This document shows positions 21,422 to 32,600 of a stretch of 64,000 nt of DNA, piece after piece (positions within the stretch are counted from its first letter, which is position 1; each line of letters opens with the position of its first letter). Position numbers and translations under genes: made by a program. Source of the DNA: Azolla caroliniana (Eukaryota; Plantae; Polypodiophyta); the NCBI GenBank assembly GCA_043228905.1, contig JBHGNT010000020.1:2480001-2544000 (forward strand). The letters run 5' to 3'. Below the pieces are notes generated by a model. It saw only the letters and a list, made by a program, of their open reading frames with translations. It was not told the DNA's origin and ran no database searches.

Positions 21422-23451
21422 ATTCTCACTTGGGACAAGAGTTCCCTCTTGTTCCTTTCGTGATTTGCCGGCACCGTTAGGAATTGGACGGATTTCCCTC
21501 CGTTTTGGCTCCGAATTCGCGCAAAAGCCGCACCACTATCGAGCACCTTCGTCTCCATCCGTGAAGCCGTGATAAAGGGTTGGCCGAGGATGACAGAATG
21601 TGAAGCCTCATCCTGCACAAAGAAATTTTGGTCAATTTCGACATCCCCGATCTTTACCGTCACATCCGGACAAGCCGCAAATAGGTCTTCTGTCGTTTTC
21701 GTGGCTGCCCGAATCTTCCATCCATGGTTGGTGTTTATAGGCCACTTCCCCTTTCGGTAGAACTCCTTGGACATCAAGTTGATCTCCGATCCGTGATCAA
21801 TCAATGCTAGCACGGGTTCTTTGATGTTGCCGATTCGGACCGGAGTCTCCGTAGTCGCACGTGCCCAGTGTGGCCTTGTATAGTGGGAGTTCGGAATTTC
21901 GCCTTCCACTTCGGTGTCGTTCATTGAAACGGTATTTGCATTCACCCTTGGAGCATTTTCCTCCGTACTTTGTCTCTTCCTTTTCACGAGATCCACGAGA
22001 AGATCGTGAAACTCCTTCTTCGCTATTCCGAGTAGTTCCCGCAGCGAAAAATCTACCCGGCTATCCAAGATTCTTTCCTCGAACACTCTTTTCAAGTCGG
22101 TTTGTTGTTCTATGTCCGAGGCGAGCTTGAATGCCGGAGTCGCCTTTTCTTTTCCCTTACCTCCGGAGTTCCAGCTTTCCGGTATCTTCGATGGTCCGGC
22201 CGCATCCTCCGTGCGCCGTCGTTTCTCGTCCACATACACCTCATGTAATTGACACAGGGCGTATATGCTATTCTTGTCGACAGGGCACTCCCATCCCGTA
22301 GCTTCCCGGACGCCTTCCGCGGTGTTTCGGATATCGTTGGAGTCGGTTTTCTCGGTGTTTCCTAGCACCTCCGGCCAGAAAGACGCCTTCGCTCCCGATG
22401 ACTCCCCGACACATATTCCCGCGGTTGTCGCATAGTTGCTTCTTGTCGCTAACTCCTCTTCGAGCACCTTCTTCATGCCGCCTTTCCGGAAGTTCGGTCG
22501 GAGTGGCTTCCGAGAGTCCATCGAATGAATCCGGTTTCCCTCGTAGTAGATGAGATCCCGTCGTAGCGCCTCCTTATGGTCGTCGCAATCCCTCCGATCG
22601 TGTTCGGCGCTATCGCACCATATGCACCGTCGATCCGTATATTTGGAGCTTGTGGGGCGGTCATCCGACTTCTTCACCATCGCGATCTTTAGATTCTCCA
22701 TCTCCTTCAGCAGCTGCTCCACCGTAGACGCGTCGACTCCCTTCTCGGCCGTAATCTCCCGAGCCCTCGGTTGATGGTCTTCCAATCCCGTTCTCGGTTT
22801 CGGAATCGGTTCCGAAACCCTCTTTTCTTCGTTGGCAAGCCATTGCCCCCTCTTCGTGTACCGCGCGACAATATTCCGCACGCTTTCCCATGTTTCGGTG
22901 AGGCCGCTTTCGGTGGTCGTGTCCTCAAGAAGCACTCCGAGATCTTTCCGGTCCCGGACGTCCACAGCTCGCAAAAACATGATGACTTTGTCCGGTGCAA
23001 GAATAGTTTGATCTCTCGCGGACAACCTCTTGAACCGACTTTCGAATGCCGAAAACACTTCGAGGACCTTCAACCCCTTACCTGACGTTTCCACCCAATC
23101 CTCGAATCCCCTCCGCGTTGCCTTGGAGGAGTCCTCGATGGCAAACGTGGTCTTTAACGCCTCTTCGAATGCTTCCCACGTCGGATTTTGTTGTTGCAAC
23201 CCGTGGATACTCCCTTGAAGCCCGTCGGTCGCCACCCGGTTAAAGGATGTCACTTGCAGTCCTTCCGAAGCCCGGCACCGGAGCATCTCCGCCTTGTAGT
23301 CCTGCAAATATTGCGACACATCCTTACCATTAAATTGCTCGTTGCGTTGCACGAGCCGCTCTACTGATGCCGAAATCTCCGACATCGTGCGTTGTTCTTG
23401 AAGCATCCGTTCGAACATCGCCATCATATTGTTAGCTTGTTGAGCCTCCAT
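21412..23451 (-). CDS. gag: Gag-protease polyprotein
   Basis: Part of ORF 21412-23538; first ATG after the PBS is at 23451. CIWCDSAEHDRRDC knuckle and aspartic-protease-like ALIDHGSEINLM..VILGQPF. Confidence 0.9.
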   Translation of the reverse strand: MEAQQANNMMAMFERMLQEQRTMSEISASVERLVQRNEQFNGKDVSQYLQDYKAEMLRCRASEGLQVTSFNRVATDGLQGSIHGLQQQNPTWEAFEEALKTTFAIEDSSKATRRGFEDWVETSGKGLKVLEVFSAFESRFKRLSARDQTILAPDKVIMFLRAVDVRDRKDLGVLLEDTTTESGLTETWESVRNIVARYTKRGQWLANEEKRVSEPIPKPRTGLEDHQPRAREITAEKGVDASTVEQLLKEMENLKIAMVKKSDDRPTSSKYTDRRCIWCDSAEHDRRDCDDHKEALRRDLIYYEGNRIHSMDSRKPLRPNFRKGGMKKVLEEELATRSNYATTAGICVGESSGAKASFWPEVLGNTEKTDSNDIRNTAEGVREATGWECPVDKNSIYALCQLHEVYVDEKRRRTEDAAGPSKIPESWNSGGKGKEKATPAFKLASDIEQQTDLKRVFEERILDSRVDFSLRELLGIAKKEFHDLLVDLVKRKRQSTEENAPRVNANTVSMNDTEVEGEIPNSHYTRPHWARATTETPVRIGNIKEPVLALIDHGSEINLMSKEFYRKGKWPINTNHGWKIRAATKTTEDLFAACPDVTVKIGDVEIDQNFFVQDEASHSVILGQPFITASRMETKVLDSGAAFARIRSQNGGKSVQFLTVPANHERNKRELLSQVRMDF

Positions 23452-23468
23452 CTCCTTGCCACCCGTTT

Positions 23469-23485
23469 TCACGTCGGGTTCACCA
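23469..23485 (-). promoter_or_regulatory. tRNA-Trp primer-binding site
   Basis: TGGTGAACCCGACGTGA is complementary to the 3' end of plant tRNA-Trp (..TCACGTCGGGTTCACCA). The same PBS occurs at 39730-39746, ~42823-42839 and 44738-44754. Confidence 0.85.
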
Positions 23486-25063
23486 ACTGTGTCGTGCCTT
23501 TCGGCTCCGGATCGTTGCGTGAGTCGGGTGGGAACCACAGAGGTCTTGGACTAGGAGAAAGAAGTTCGTGAGATAGAGATTAATTATGAGTAAATAGCAA
23601 AGAGAAAGATAAGAAACTCGTGAATCACACGAGTATACTATATTAATTGGTACTTAGGGTGTTAAGAGAGAAGTAGATGTATAAATCGTGAATCCCACGA
23701 ATAATTTTTGTATTGATTAATACTTAATCCAAATAATCAACAACTCTTTACATATTTCTCTCCTCCTTATATAAGGAAGGAAGAGCTAAGCATGGCTTCA
23801 TGCTTTTTTTTTTTTACAAAAAGTGTTCATGTCCACTAAATGTGCATGTGATGCTTTTTTATTTCCTAAGTATAGGGCTCATGCACGCTAGATGTGCATG
23901 AGTTATTTTTAGTGTCTCGTGTTTTTTCTTTTTCATATATTAAAGAATACACGATTTACCTTTTAATAAAGGTATGCATAAATAAAGGTCTTATACATAT
24001 TAAATCTATATTTAAAGCACTTAAGATAAGTTAATGTAATGGTAAGGTTGGGGTTTGTCAACGTGGAGGTGCAGAGTTCGAATCACGCCCTGCGCAGTAG
24101 TGAGTATTTCCTTTCTTTTTACATTTATGTCTCTTTATCCGGCTCTTCCTTGCCGGTATGCCGTTTTCTTCCTTGCCGGTATGCCGTTTTCCTCCTTGCC
24201 GGTATGCCGTTTTTCCTCAGTATGCCGTTTTCCTCCTTGCCGGTATGCCGTTTTTCCTCCTTGCCGGTATGCCGTTTTCTTCCGGTTCTCCCCGAGCACT
24301 CCATTCTCTATCCGGAGGGACAAAAATATAATTTTCACATAGTGTGCAACCTACACTACGACAACGTAACCCAGTGCGTAGACTGGACGCGTAAGTTAGT
24401 ACGCACAACTTGGTCGCATCGGTGCGTAAACCGAAAGGCCATTAGAGAGATATTCCTCATAAGGAATAATTTTGGGAGTGAGTGTCGTGGCTCATTTATG
24501 AGCGGTCAAGTACTGTTAGTACTTGTGTCAGCCCAATTGTCAAGGCTTGTATAAAATGTGCTCATTGAGCACAAAGCATGTACAAAGTGTCATTATTTTG
24601 AATAGAAGTGAGTTTTCTGCTCTCTCTTTGTCTCTCCCTCTCCCTCTCCATCTTTGCGTTTTACCAAACTGTCGTTCTCCAAACTGTGTACTCTGTGTTT
24701 TGCATACGCTTCGGCACACGTATTCTTTTACAAAGCTCACCGGCTCCAATTACCCAGTGTGGAAGTCAAAGATGAGGGACATGCTCGTGGTCAAAGATCT
24801 CTGGCTGCCAGTGTCGTAGTAATCCGCGAGTACGTGTCGAAAGGGGCAGGACCAGGGGGTTCTCGGATGAGGAAGAGATGGATGTTGGAAGCCGAATCTC
24901 TCCGGTCCTAACTGTACCAGTTGTGGCGCAAACTGGAGCGATTCCGGACACGTACCAAAGGCTACCGAACAAGAGAGAGAGAGATAGCACGCGTGGAACA
25001 CCGACTCAACACACGCCTCTTATGTACAAGAAACAAAATGGAAGAAACGCACCCGACACCAAC

Positions 25064-25517
25064 TATTAGAGACATGAACTAATGTAAGCATTAGATAAGG
25101 ATAGAATATAGATAGATAGATAGAAATGAGAGAGAGAAAGAAGGGCGCCGATCCACCCGACCACCCCCGAGTGAAGGGATTGAGATGGACTCGAGCCTCA
25201 ATCGACATCCCATACCACTACCGTGGCGTCGAGTCGTACCTGGTGCTGGTGCGCTCGCTACAAGAGTTGACCCACCACAAGACAGAGTCTCGACGTAGTC
25301 AACAAGATGATGAAATGAGGGTAGCTTGGCCTCTTATTTATAGCGATACCCAAGGCCCCCAGGCAAGTTCACACTTGGCCTAATGGGTTTTCTCAATCCC
25401 GAGGATTAAAAGTAATCCTCCCCTTCTTTACACTCTTGTTTAACCCTCACACTTATCCACGTGTATAGAATACGGTAATTTCTCACCACATGATATTATA
25501 TGGTCATGCCTGTAACA
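25064..25517. mobile_element. Solo LTR of unassigned family inside the 3' LTR of H
   Basis: Absent from the sister LTR; T(A)TTA...TAACA termini; 5-bp TSD CCAAC/CCAAC. Confidence 0.75.
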
Positions 25518-27745
25518 CCAACAAAGACACGAATATGCACAACCTTATATATATATAATTACAAGAGCAAGATACAACTCTGTATTCTAGCCGGACTAAG
25601 TTAGGTTAGGTTAAAACAATAGTCTGCTGCCAAGCCGCCGATCAAGGAGCTCTCGGGCTCGTCGCGCCGAGCGGGGTCTTGCATAGGACATACAAGCTCT
25701 TAACCGGACTAAACCCTAAACATACACGAAGACTCAACCCACATGATGACGAAGAAGAAGAAGAACTCAAAGAACCCTAACAGAAACAAGAAAGTAAGAA
25801 GAAGAAAGATTATCATACCTTGAACCTAATGGTATACCCTCCTAACTCAAAATGGGCAACCCCTCTACAAGGGACCCTCCCTTACTTTTATAGCACAAGG
25901 AGGGAGGTGTGTAACAATGTGGGATAAATCCCGTATTACATGGGATTCTTTGTCCCAAATTAACTCCTATTCGGCGCCATAAAGGCGCCCCTATTATTCG
26001 CACGTATACACAAGGGTGTGTGCCCACGCTGCACCCCGTTGATGTTCCCATTATTCTCGGTTTTCTTGCTAAGGCCATGAATCTTCACGACATCCACCCC
26101 CACAAATCGCACGTCCACCGGTACGTGCCAAATCTGAAGAAGGGTGAGAGATTCCGACCGTAGTGAGCAACCAGTCTTCCGTAATCTGCATCCCGGCTAC
26201 CGTGTTGGCCTCTGCCAGTCCGAACCGTCGGCTCCGGTTCCATCGTCGTGCTTGCCTCTTCGTAGGCTCGATCGACCTATCAATAGGTTGTTTGCCGCGA
26301 TCTTCTCTCCTACGCATGCTTGTCTAGTGGCCCTTGATCGACCATATGCACACTCCTCGCTTCCCCGTATACCGGCGTCCTCCACATCTGAGGAACACCC
26401 CGTAGTGGCCCGGTTGGCCTCCGCCGATCGTCGCAATGCCTTGACTACTCGTTTAGTGCCGTGGTTCGCTATTGCCTTTGTCCCCTTCCCGCCACCTTCC
26501 TTCTCCTCGGTCTTACATTGCCACGGCGGCCGAACTACCGAGGTCTCCAGAATCGGTGTGAAGGATCTTTCTTGGGCTGTCGATGTTCTTCGAGGCTACC
26601 GACCCGAGCAATCTGTCTTTGCGCCCGTATTCTCGTCCAGGCACCTTTGTGTGCTGCGTAACTCTTGACTACGCCTCGGAAGAGGCTCAGTCCGCCGTCC
26701 TCCTTCGCTTGGCACCACCCATGCCGAACTCTGGTCTTTCTCCGTGCACGCTTCATCGGCCCTTACCCGGCCAGATCGTGCATCGTCGCTTGTCGTTTCT
26801 TCGCATACCGGTGTCGCGTTATTACGCGCGTGCGTGTAGAAGGGCGGGACCACGAGGGTCTTGGACCGAGGAATAGCTGAGAAGGAGGAGAACGGAAAGG
26901 CAATAGACGCACTTGCACACACATAGACGCGGGAGCACACGGGAATCACAGTCCGACAACATAACAAACAAAACAACTAGAAGTCCGTGTATATGAACGC
27001 GTATGTATATAAATAAACAAAGATATATCAAGACGGTTACAACTACAGGCCGGCAAGGCGAACACCGATGCATGTTCACTTACATACAGAAGAGCGAGAT
27101 GAAGACTCAGCCGAAAGCACACGGGCGTTCCACGGGGCAGAGTCAGCCTCCCGAAAACCTGCACAAGCAAATACAGAGAAAGAAGGAGGAGAAGAGCTCG
27201 GTCCCAGTCCGACATCACTTTGTTCTCGACAAAAAAAAGCGATCCCTTTTTCATTCCTCTCCCTCTCTTTTATAGCCCAAGGAGGGAGGCCGTTATCATT
27301 CGTTACATCATATTAATTCTCTGTCCTTTCGGACAGAGATAGAACTCGATTCTCTCCTTATTGAATGCGTGCTACCTAGGATTTCACCTCAGCCAACTTG
27401 CACCTAGCTACTTACCATACAATGAAAAGTGTGCTCGCGTGTAAGGGCCGGTTTACACACGCTAAACTCGGTTTCCACCTAGGGACGGTTTTCTTCACGA
27501 CATCCGCCCCCACCTAACCGCGCATCCACCGGTATGCGCCAAAATTGGGCTCTTGCTGGAGAAAACCTGTCCATGCTTTACTCCTCGTCTTCCGGGTCGT
27601 CATCTGCCTCGGACCGACCATCGTCACCGTCCATGCTTTCCAGATCCGGCTCGCACTCGTGTCGTTTCTTAAACACTTTGATCCTCTTCCCCTAACAGTA
27701 TTGCCATCCTCGTACCGTCGAGCTCCGCAAGATGGTAGGTCCCGT

Positions 27746-29291
27746 TGTCGTGTGAATCTTCACACACTATGTAAAAAAATAATGAAATAATTATTATAGA
27801 TTAGATTAGTAGCTTACTATAGAAAGATGGATATACTCAAGAGCTTCAAAATGTATTTTACTATATACAAAATGGAGAAATACATACCAAGTTATGAGAA
27901 AATAAAATTTGATTAGATAGGGAAATTAGAACTATCCCACATAGATAGGAAAGTTAAGGCCCTGGTTATATATAAACACCTTGAGCTCCCTCATTTTTCA
28001 TTTGTGCTAAGAGCACTTTGGCCACTTTGTCTTGATGGATGATGGTGGCCAAATTCCCTAAAACCGGAAACCGGCCGGTAAGCAAATCCGGAAAACGGGT
28101 CCGGTAAGCAATTCGGAAATCGACCGGTATGCAATCCAGAAACCGGCCGGTATGCAAAACCAGAACCGGCTGGCAAGCAAACCGGAATTGGAACCGGCCG
28201 GCAAGCAAACCGGAACTGGAACCGGCTGGCAAGTAAAACTGGAACCGGAACAGGTATGCAAACCGGAAATCGGCCGGCAAGCAAAACCGGAAACCAGCCG
28301 GTAAGCAAAACCGGAACCGACCGGCAAGCAAAACCGGAACCGGAACCGGCAAGCAAACCGGAACCAGCCGGCAAGCAAAACTGGAACCGAAACCGGCAAG
28401 CAAACCGAATTCGGCCGGTAAGCAAAACCGGAACCGGCCGGCAAGAAAAACCGGAAACCGACCGGTAAGCAAAACTGGAACCGGTCGGCAAGCAAAACCG
28501 GAACCGGCAAGCAAACCGGAACCGGCCGGCAAGCAAAACCGGAACCAGAATTGGCAAGCAAACCGGACGGCAAGCAAAATCGGAACCGGAACCGACCGAC
28601 AAGCAAAATGGAACCGGCTACCGGACGAGGTTGGACGCGGACGGACGAAAGATTGGATCATGCAACAAACTAAAGTAAAGTGAAGAGAACTAAAGTAAAG
28701 GCCATGTGGACGCAAGCAACTAAAGAAGGAGTGCATGGAAAAAGTAAAGGTCATGTGGACAGTCACATGCAACCAAAAGAAAAAGCTAGGCAACTAAAAG
28801 TAGAGGCCATGCAACAAAAAGTGGAAAGGCTATGATCAAGGGAGAACTCCATATTTTTAAATTTTTTTTTTTTCCTACACTAGGACTCACTCTCTATATT
28901 ATCTTAATTTTCTTCTCAACTCCCTTATCTTAGGGAAGCCATAACTCTCATAAACCCTAAAATTCCCTATGGAAGCCATAACACTCAAAAACCCTAATCT
29001 TCCCTACGGAAGCCATAATACTCATATAACCTAATCCTAATCTTCCCTACGGAAGCCATATCTCTCAAAACCCCTAATTTTTCTTTTCTATTAATCTTAG
29101 TAAACCTAAAACTTCTAAATCCCAATCTTGGGACATATTGTGATTTCTTTTTCCTTTGTTAATGAAAATTATTAAATTTCTTCTTTCTGTTAATTGTTAA
29201 AAATATAAACGCACACATGTGATTATCCTCTGGTCGGAGGCCACGGGGTCTTGCCTCAAAGTTCACGTATCCTCGTCGTATTTTCGCGACA
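27746..29291 (+). mobile_element. Solo LTR (1546 bp) of the TGTCG...CGACA group, inserted in the E integrase
   Basis: 4-bp TSD CCGT/CCGT; host frame NNNG|TYHLAELDG is restored on removal. Confidence 0.88.
28060..28625. repeat. Degenerate tandem array of AAACCGGAACCGGCCGG(C/T)AAGC-like units
   Basis: About 560 bp of irregular ~17-29-bp CCGG-rich units inside the solo LTR. Confidence 0.9.
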
Positions 29292-29659
29292 CCGTTGTTG
29301 TTGGCGCCTGTCACCGCGTAAGGCTCGAACCACCTCCTTGCAAACTTCCGCATCGCCCTGTGCTGGTTGTCGAGGCTACTGTCATACACTAGGACCCAGT
29401 CGCCTTCCTCGATTTTCTTCGGTCGCAGTCGGTGAGTCCGGTCAAACCGCTCTTTGTTCTTCAACCTTGCCAACCGAAGCTTCTCCGTAGCTTGTTCCAC
29501 GTCCTTTGGCCTTCGCTCAAGTTGTCGAATCCGTGCCGCTAGCAGCTCCTCCCGGCTCATCTCATCTCTCCAATCCACCGTGGCCCATGAGGAGATGGTT
29601 CGCTCCGTTGGCATGATCGGCCTCTGTCCGTACATAAGCTCTGCCGGCATGAACCCGGT

Positions 29660-32600
29660 TGTAAAGAATTGACGCTATCAAATCTTTCGCCTCTCGGCCA
29701 CAACCGAGACAACACGGATCAATGCAGCAGAAAAATAAAAACAAAGACACAGAGAGATGAATACACAGGGTATAACGTGGAAAACCCTAAACGGGAAAAA
29801 CCACGGGAGTGCACGACTCCAACTACCACTATACACTGGAACATACAATGGCGAGATGCAAGGCGACGACCTTGAGCTCGCTGTCCTCGCCACAGGCGGC
29901 GGTATTACACAGAGGTGTCGACCTCTTCGTTTCTCTCTCTCTCTCTCTCTCTCTCGGCTGCTCTCACTTCGCTCCCTCTAAGTGGAAAAACAGAAAATGA
30001 GCAACAACAGTAAAACTGTTTGCCCTAAGTCATATTTATACGCATATGACTTTCGGGCTATTTACAAATATAGCCTCAAGGGCCCTTGGCAAACATATTC
30101 ACAAATATGTCCCCGCATCCGGATCTCGCTCCGGGTACATACATCATCCGGCTCCGTAGCCGGGGTCTTCATCATCCGGCTCCGTAGCCGGGTACTCTTC
30201 ATCATCCGGCTCCGTAGCCGGGTACTCTTCATCATCCGGCTCCGTAGCCGGGTACTCTTCATCATCCGGCTCCGTAGCCGGGTACTCTTCATCATCCGGC
30301 TCCGTAGCCGGGTACTCTTCATCATCCGGCTCCGTAACGGTCTCCGGGCTTGCCGTCATTCATCTCCGGACATCCCATCCGGAGGGACCGCAATCCCAAC
30401 AAACTCCCCCTTCACTTCGGCATGGGATGTCTCTCCAATCCGATCCTCTTCCGGCATGCTTCCAGCTTGTCGGGTGTGAGCACCTTGGTCAGCATATCCG
30501 ACCCGTTCTCGTCCGTGTGGACCTTCGTCAGCACGAACTCCTTGTCTTCTATCCTTTCCCGGATCCAGTGATATCTTCGCTGGATGTGCTTCGTCCGGGA
30601 GTGATAGGCCGCGTTCTTCGCAAGGTGGATTGCACTCTGACTGTCGCAGTAGAGTCGGTACTCCTCCTGCCGGATACCGAGCTCTCTAATGAAGTCCTTC
30701 ATCCATATTACTTCCTTGCCGGCTTCAACAGCTGCCATGTACTCCGCCTCCGTGGTTGACAACGCAACCGTCTTCTGCAGCCTCGACTGCCACGAAACGG
30801 CTCCCCCTGCATACGTCATCACATACCCTGATGTGGACCGGCTGGTATCTGCATCAGCCGACATATCCGAATCGGTGAAGCCGTCGAGTTCGGGCTTACC
30901 GGAGCCGAATCGGAGGCACACATTCGCTGTGCCCTTCAGGTATCGGAGTATCCACTTGACCGCGTTCCAATGCTCTTTGCCGGGATTGCTCATGTACCGG
31001 CTCACCACTCCGACTGCATATCCTATATCCGGTCTCGTACACACCATGGCGTACATCAAGCTCCCGACGGCTGAGGCATACGGTACTTTCATCATATCCT
31101 CCTTTTCAGCTTTTGTCTTGGGACATTGCTTGCTGGACAGCTTGCAGTTTGCCGGGAGGGTCGATCCGACCGGTCTTGCTTCCGACATGTTGAACCGGTG
31201 AAGCATCTTCGTCACGTACTTCTCCTGTGACAGCCACAACTGCTTCTTCTTCCGGTCCCGGATGATGTGCATCCCTAGTATTTGCCTCGCCGGACCCAGG
31301 TCCTTCATTGAGAAGGTTCGGTGAAGAGCCTTCTTCAGCATCCGTATCTTTACCTGGTCCCGTCCGACGATCAACATGTCGTCGACGTACAGGAGGAGTA
31401 TTAGAAAGTCTCCTCCTTCGAACTTCTTCACAAACACGCAGTGGTCAGACTGCGTTTTGAGGTACCCTTCGTCGGTCATGAAGGAGTCGAACTTCCGGTA
31501 CCATTGCCGGGGAGCCTGCTTCAGTCCGTAAAGGCTCTTCTTCAACCGGCATACCAGGTGCTCCTTCCCTTTCTTCTCGAATCCTTCCGGTTGCTGCATG
31601 TAGATCTCTTCTTCGAGGTCACCGTGAAGGAATGCCGTCTTCACGTCCATCTGTTCTACCTCGAGGTCCATGCTTGCCGCTATGCTCAGCACCGTCCGGA
31701 TGGAGGTCATCTTCACTACCGGGGCAAATATCTCGTCGAAGTCGACGCCCTTCTTCTGCTGAAACCCCTTCACCACGATCCGGGCTTTGTATCTCGGGGG
31801 GTTTCCGGCATCTCCCGGTTTCAGCTTGAACACCCACTTGTTTCGAAGTGCCCGCTTTCCTTTCGGCAACTCCACAAGTTCATATGTGTGGTTCTCATGC
31901 AGGGAATCCATCTCGTCCTGCATGGCACTTAACCACCTGCGGCTCTGGGTGTCGTGCTTTGCTTCTTCAAAGCTCTCCGGCTCCCCCTCGTCGGTTAGCA
32001 GCACGTGCTCTGGTTCCGGAAATCTCCGGGGGGCCCTTCTCTCTCTTAGAGGATATCTCCGTTCGGGAGCTTCGGTAACCGGTTCTTCCGATTCTTCTTC
32101 TTCATCCGAATCCATTTCGGGATCGGGGCCGGTTCCGGTATCATTTTCATCTTCTTCAGCCGGTTCTGTTTCTTCACCGTCTTCGGCCGGGTCTTCGAGT
32201 GTTAACCGGTCCCTTGCCGGTCGGGACTGCTCCTCGTAGAGTTTATCCTCACCGGTCGACTTCTTCTCCGACTCCCAGTCGGCGAGCGTCTTGTCCTCCA
32301 TGAAAATGATATCTCGACTCCTGAATATCTTCTTGTCGACCGGGTCCCATACTCGGTAGCCGAACTCGTCGTCGCCGTAACCGAGGAATATGCATGGCCG
32401 GGTCTTTGGATCTAACTTTCCTCTCCGGTCCTTTGCCACATGCACGTATGTGAGACACCCGAACACCTTCAGATGCCGGTAGGACACTTCCTTACCGGTC
32501 CACACTTTCTGCGGCGTGTCTCCGTCCAAAGGTACTGAGGGTGATCTATTTATCACATACGTCGCCGTCGACATTGCCTCAACCCAAAATCCCTTGGGTA

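Larger units (their letters stand above)
16908..24363 (-). mobile_element. Gypsy D: intact non-chromovirus Ty3/Gypsy (FLDD-type RT, tRNA-Trp PBS) inserted in the 3' LTR of Copia A
   Basis: LTRs 16908-17822 and 23490-24363 differ mainly by one 41-bp repeat unit. 4-bp TSD ACGT/ACGT. PBS at 23469-23485, PPT at 17823-17834, two intact ORFs. Confidence 0.96.
2633..24732 (+). mobile_element. Copia A: decayed Ty1/Copia element split by nested insertions (own pieces 2633-3097, 4093-4910, 10508-10801, 16627-16907, 24364-24732)
   Basis: RT (LYVDDL, KDLGDLHYFLGIEV) and RNaseH (TKHIEVHYHFVRERV) fragments rejoin across the TSDs. PPT GAGGGGGAG at 16856-16864. 3' LTR TGTTGAG...TTTACA. Related to Copia G. 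Confidence 0.88.

Noticed and set aside
23469-23485. tRNA-Trp gene fragment
   Set aside because: It is only the 17-nt 3' match next to an LTR, i.e. a primer-binding site.
27966-28793. Long ORFs in several frames (275, 203 and 182 aa)
   Set aside because: They are stop-free by-products of the CCGG tandem array inside a solo LTR.
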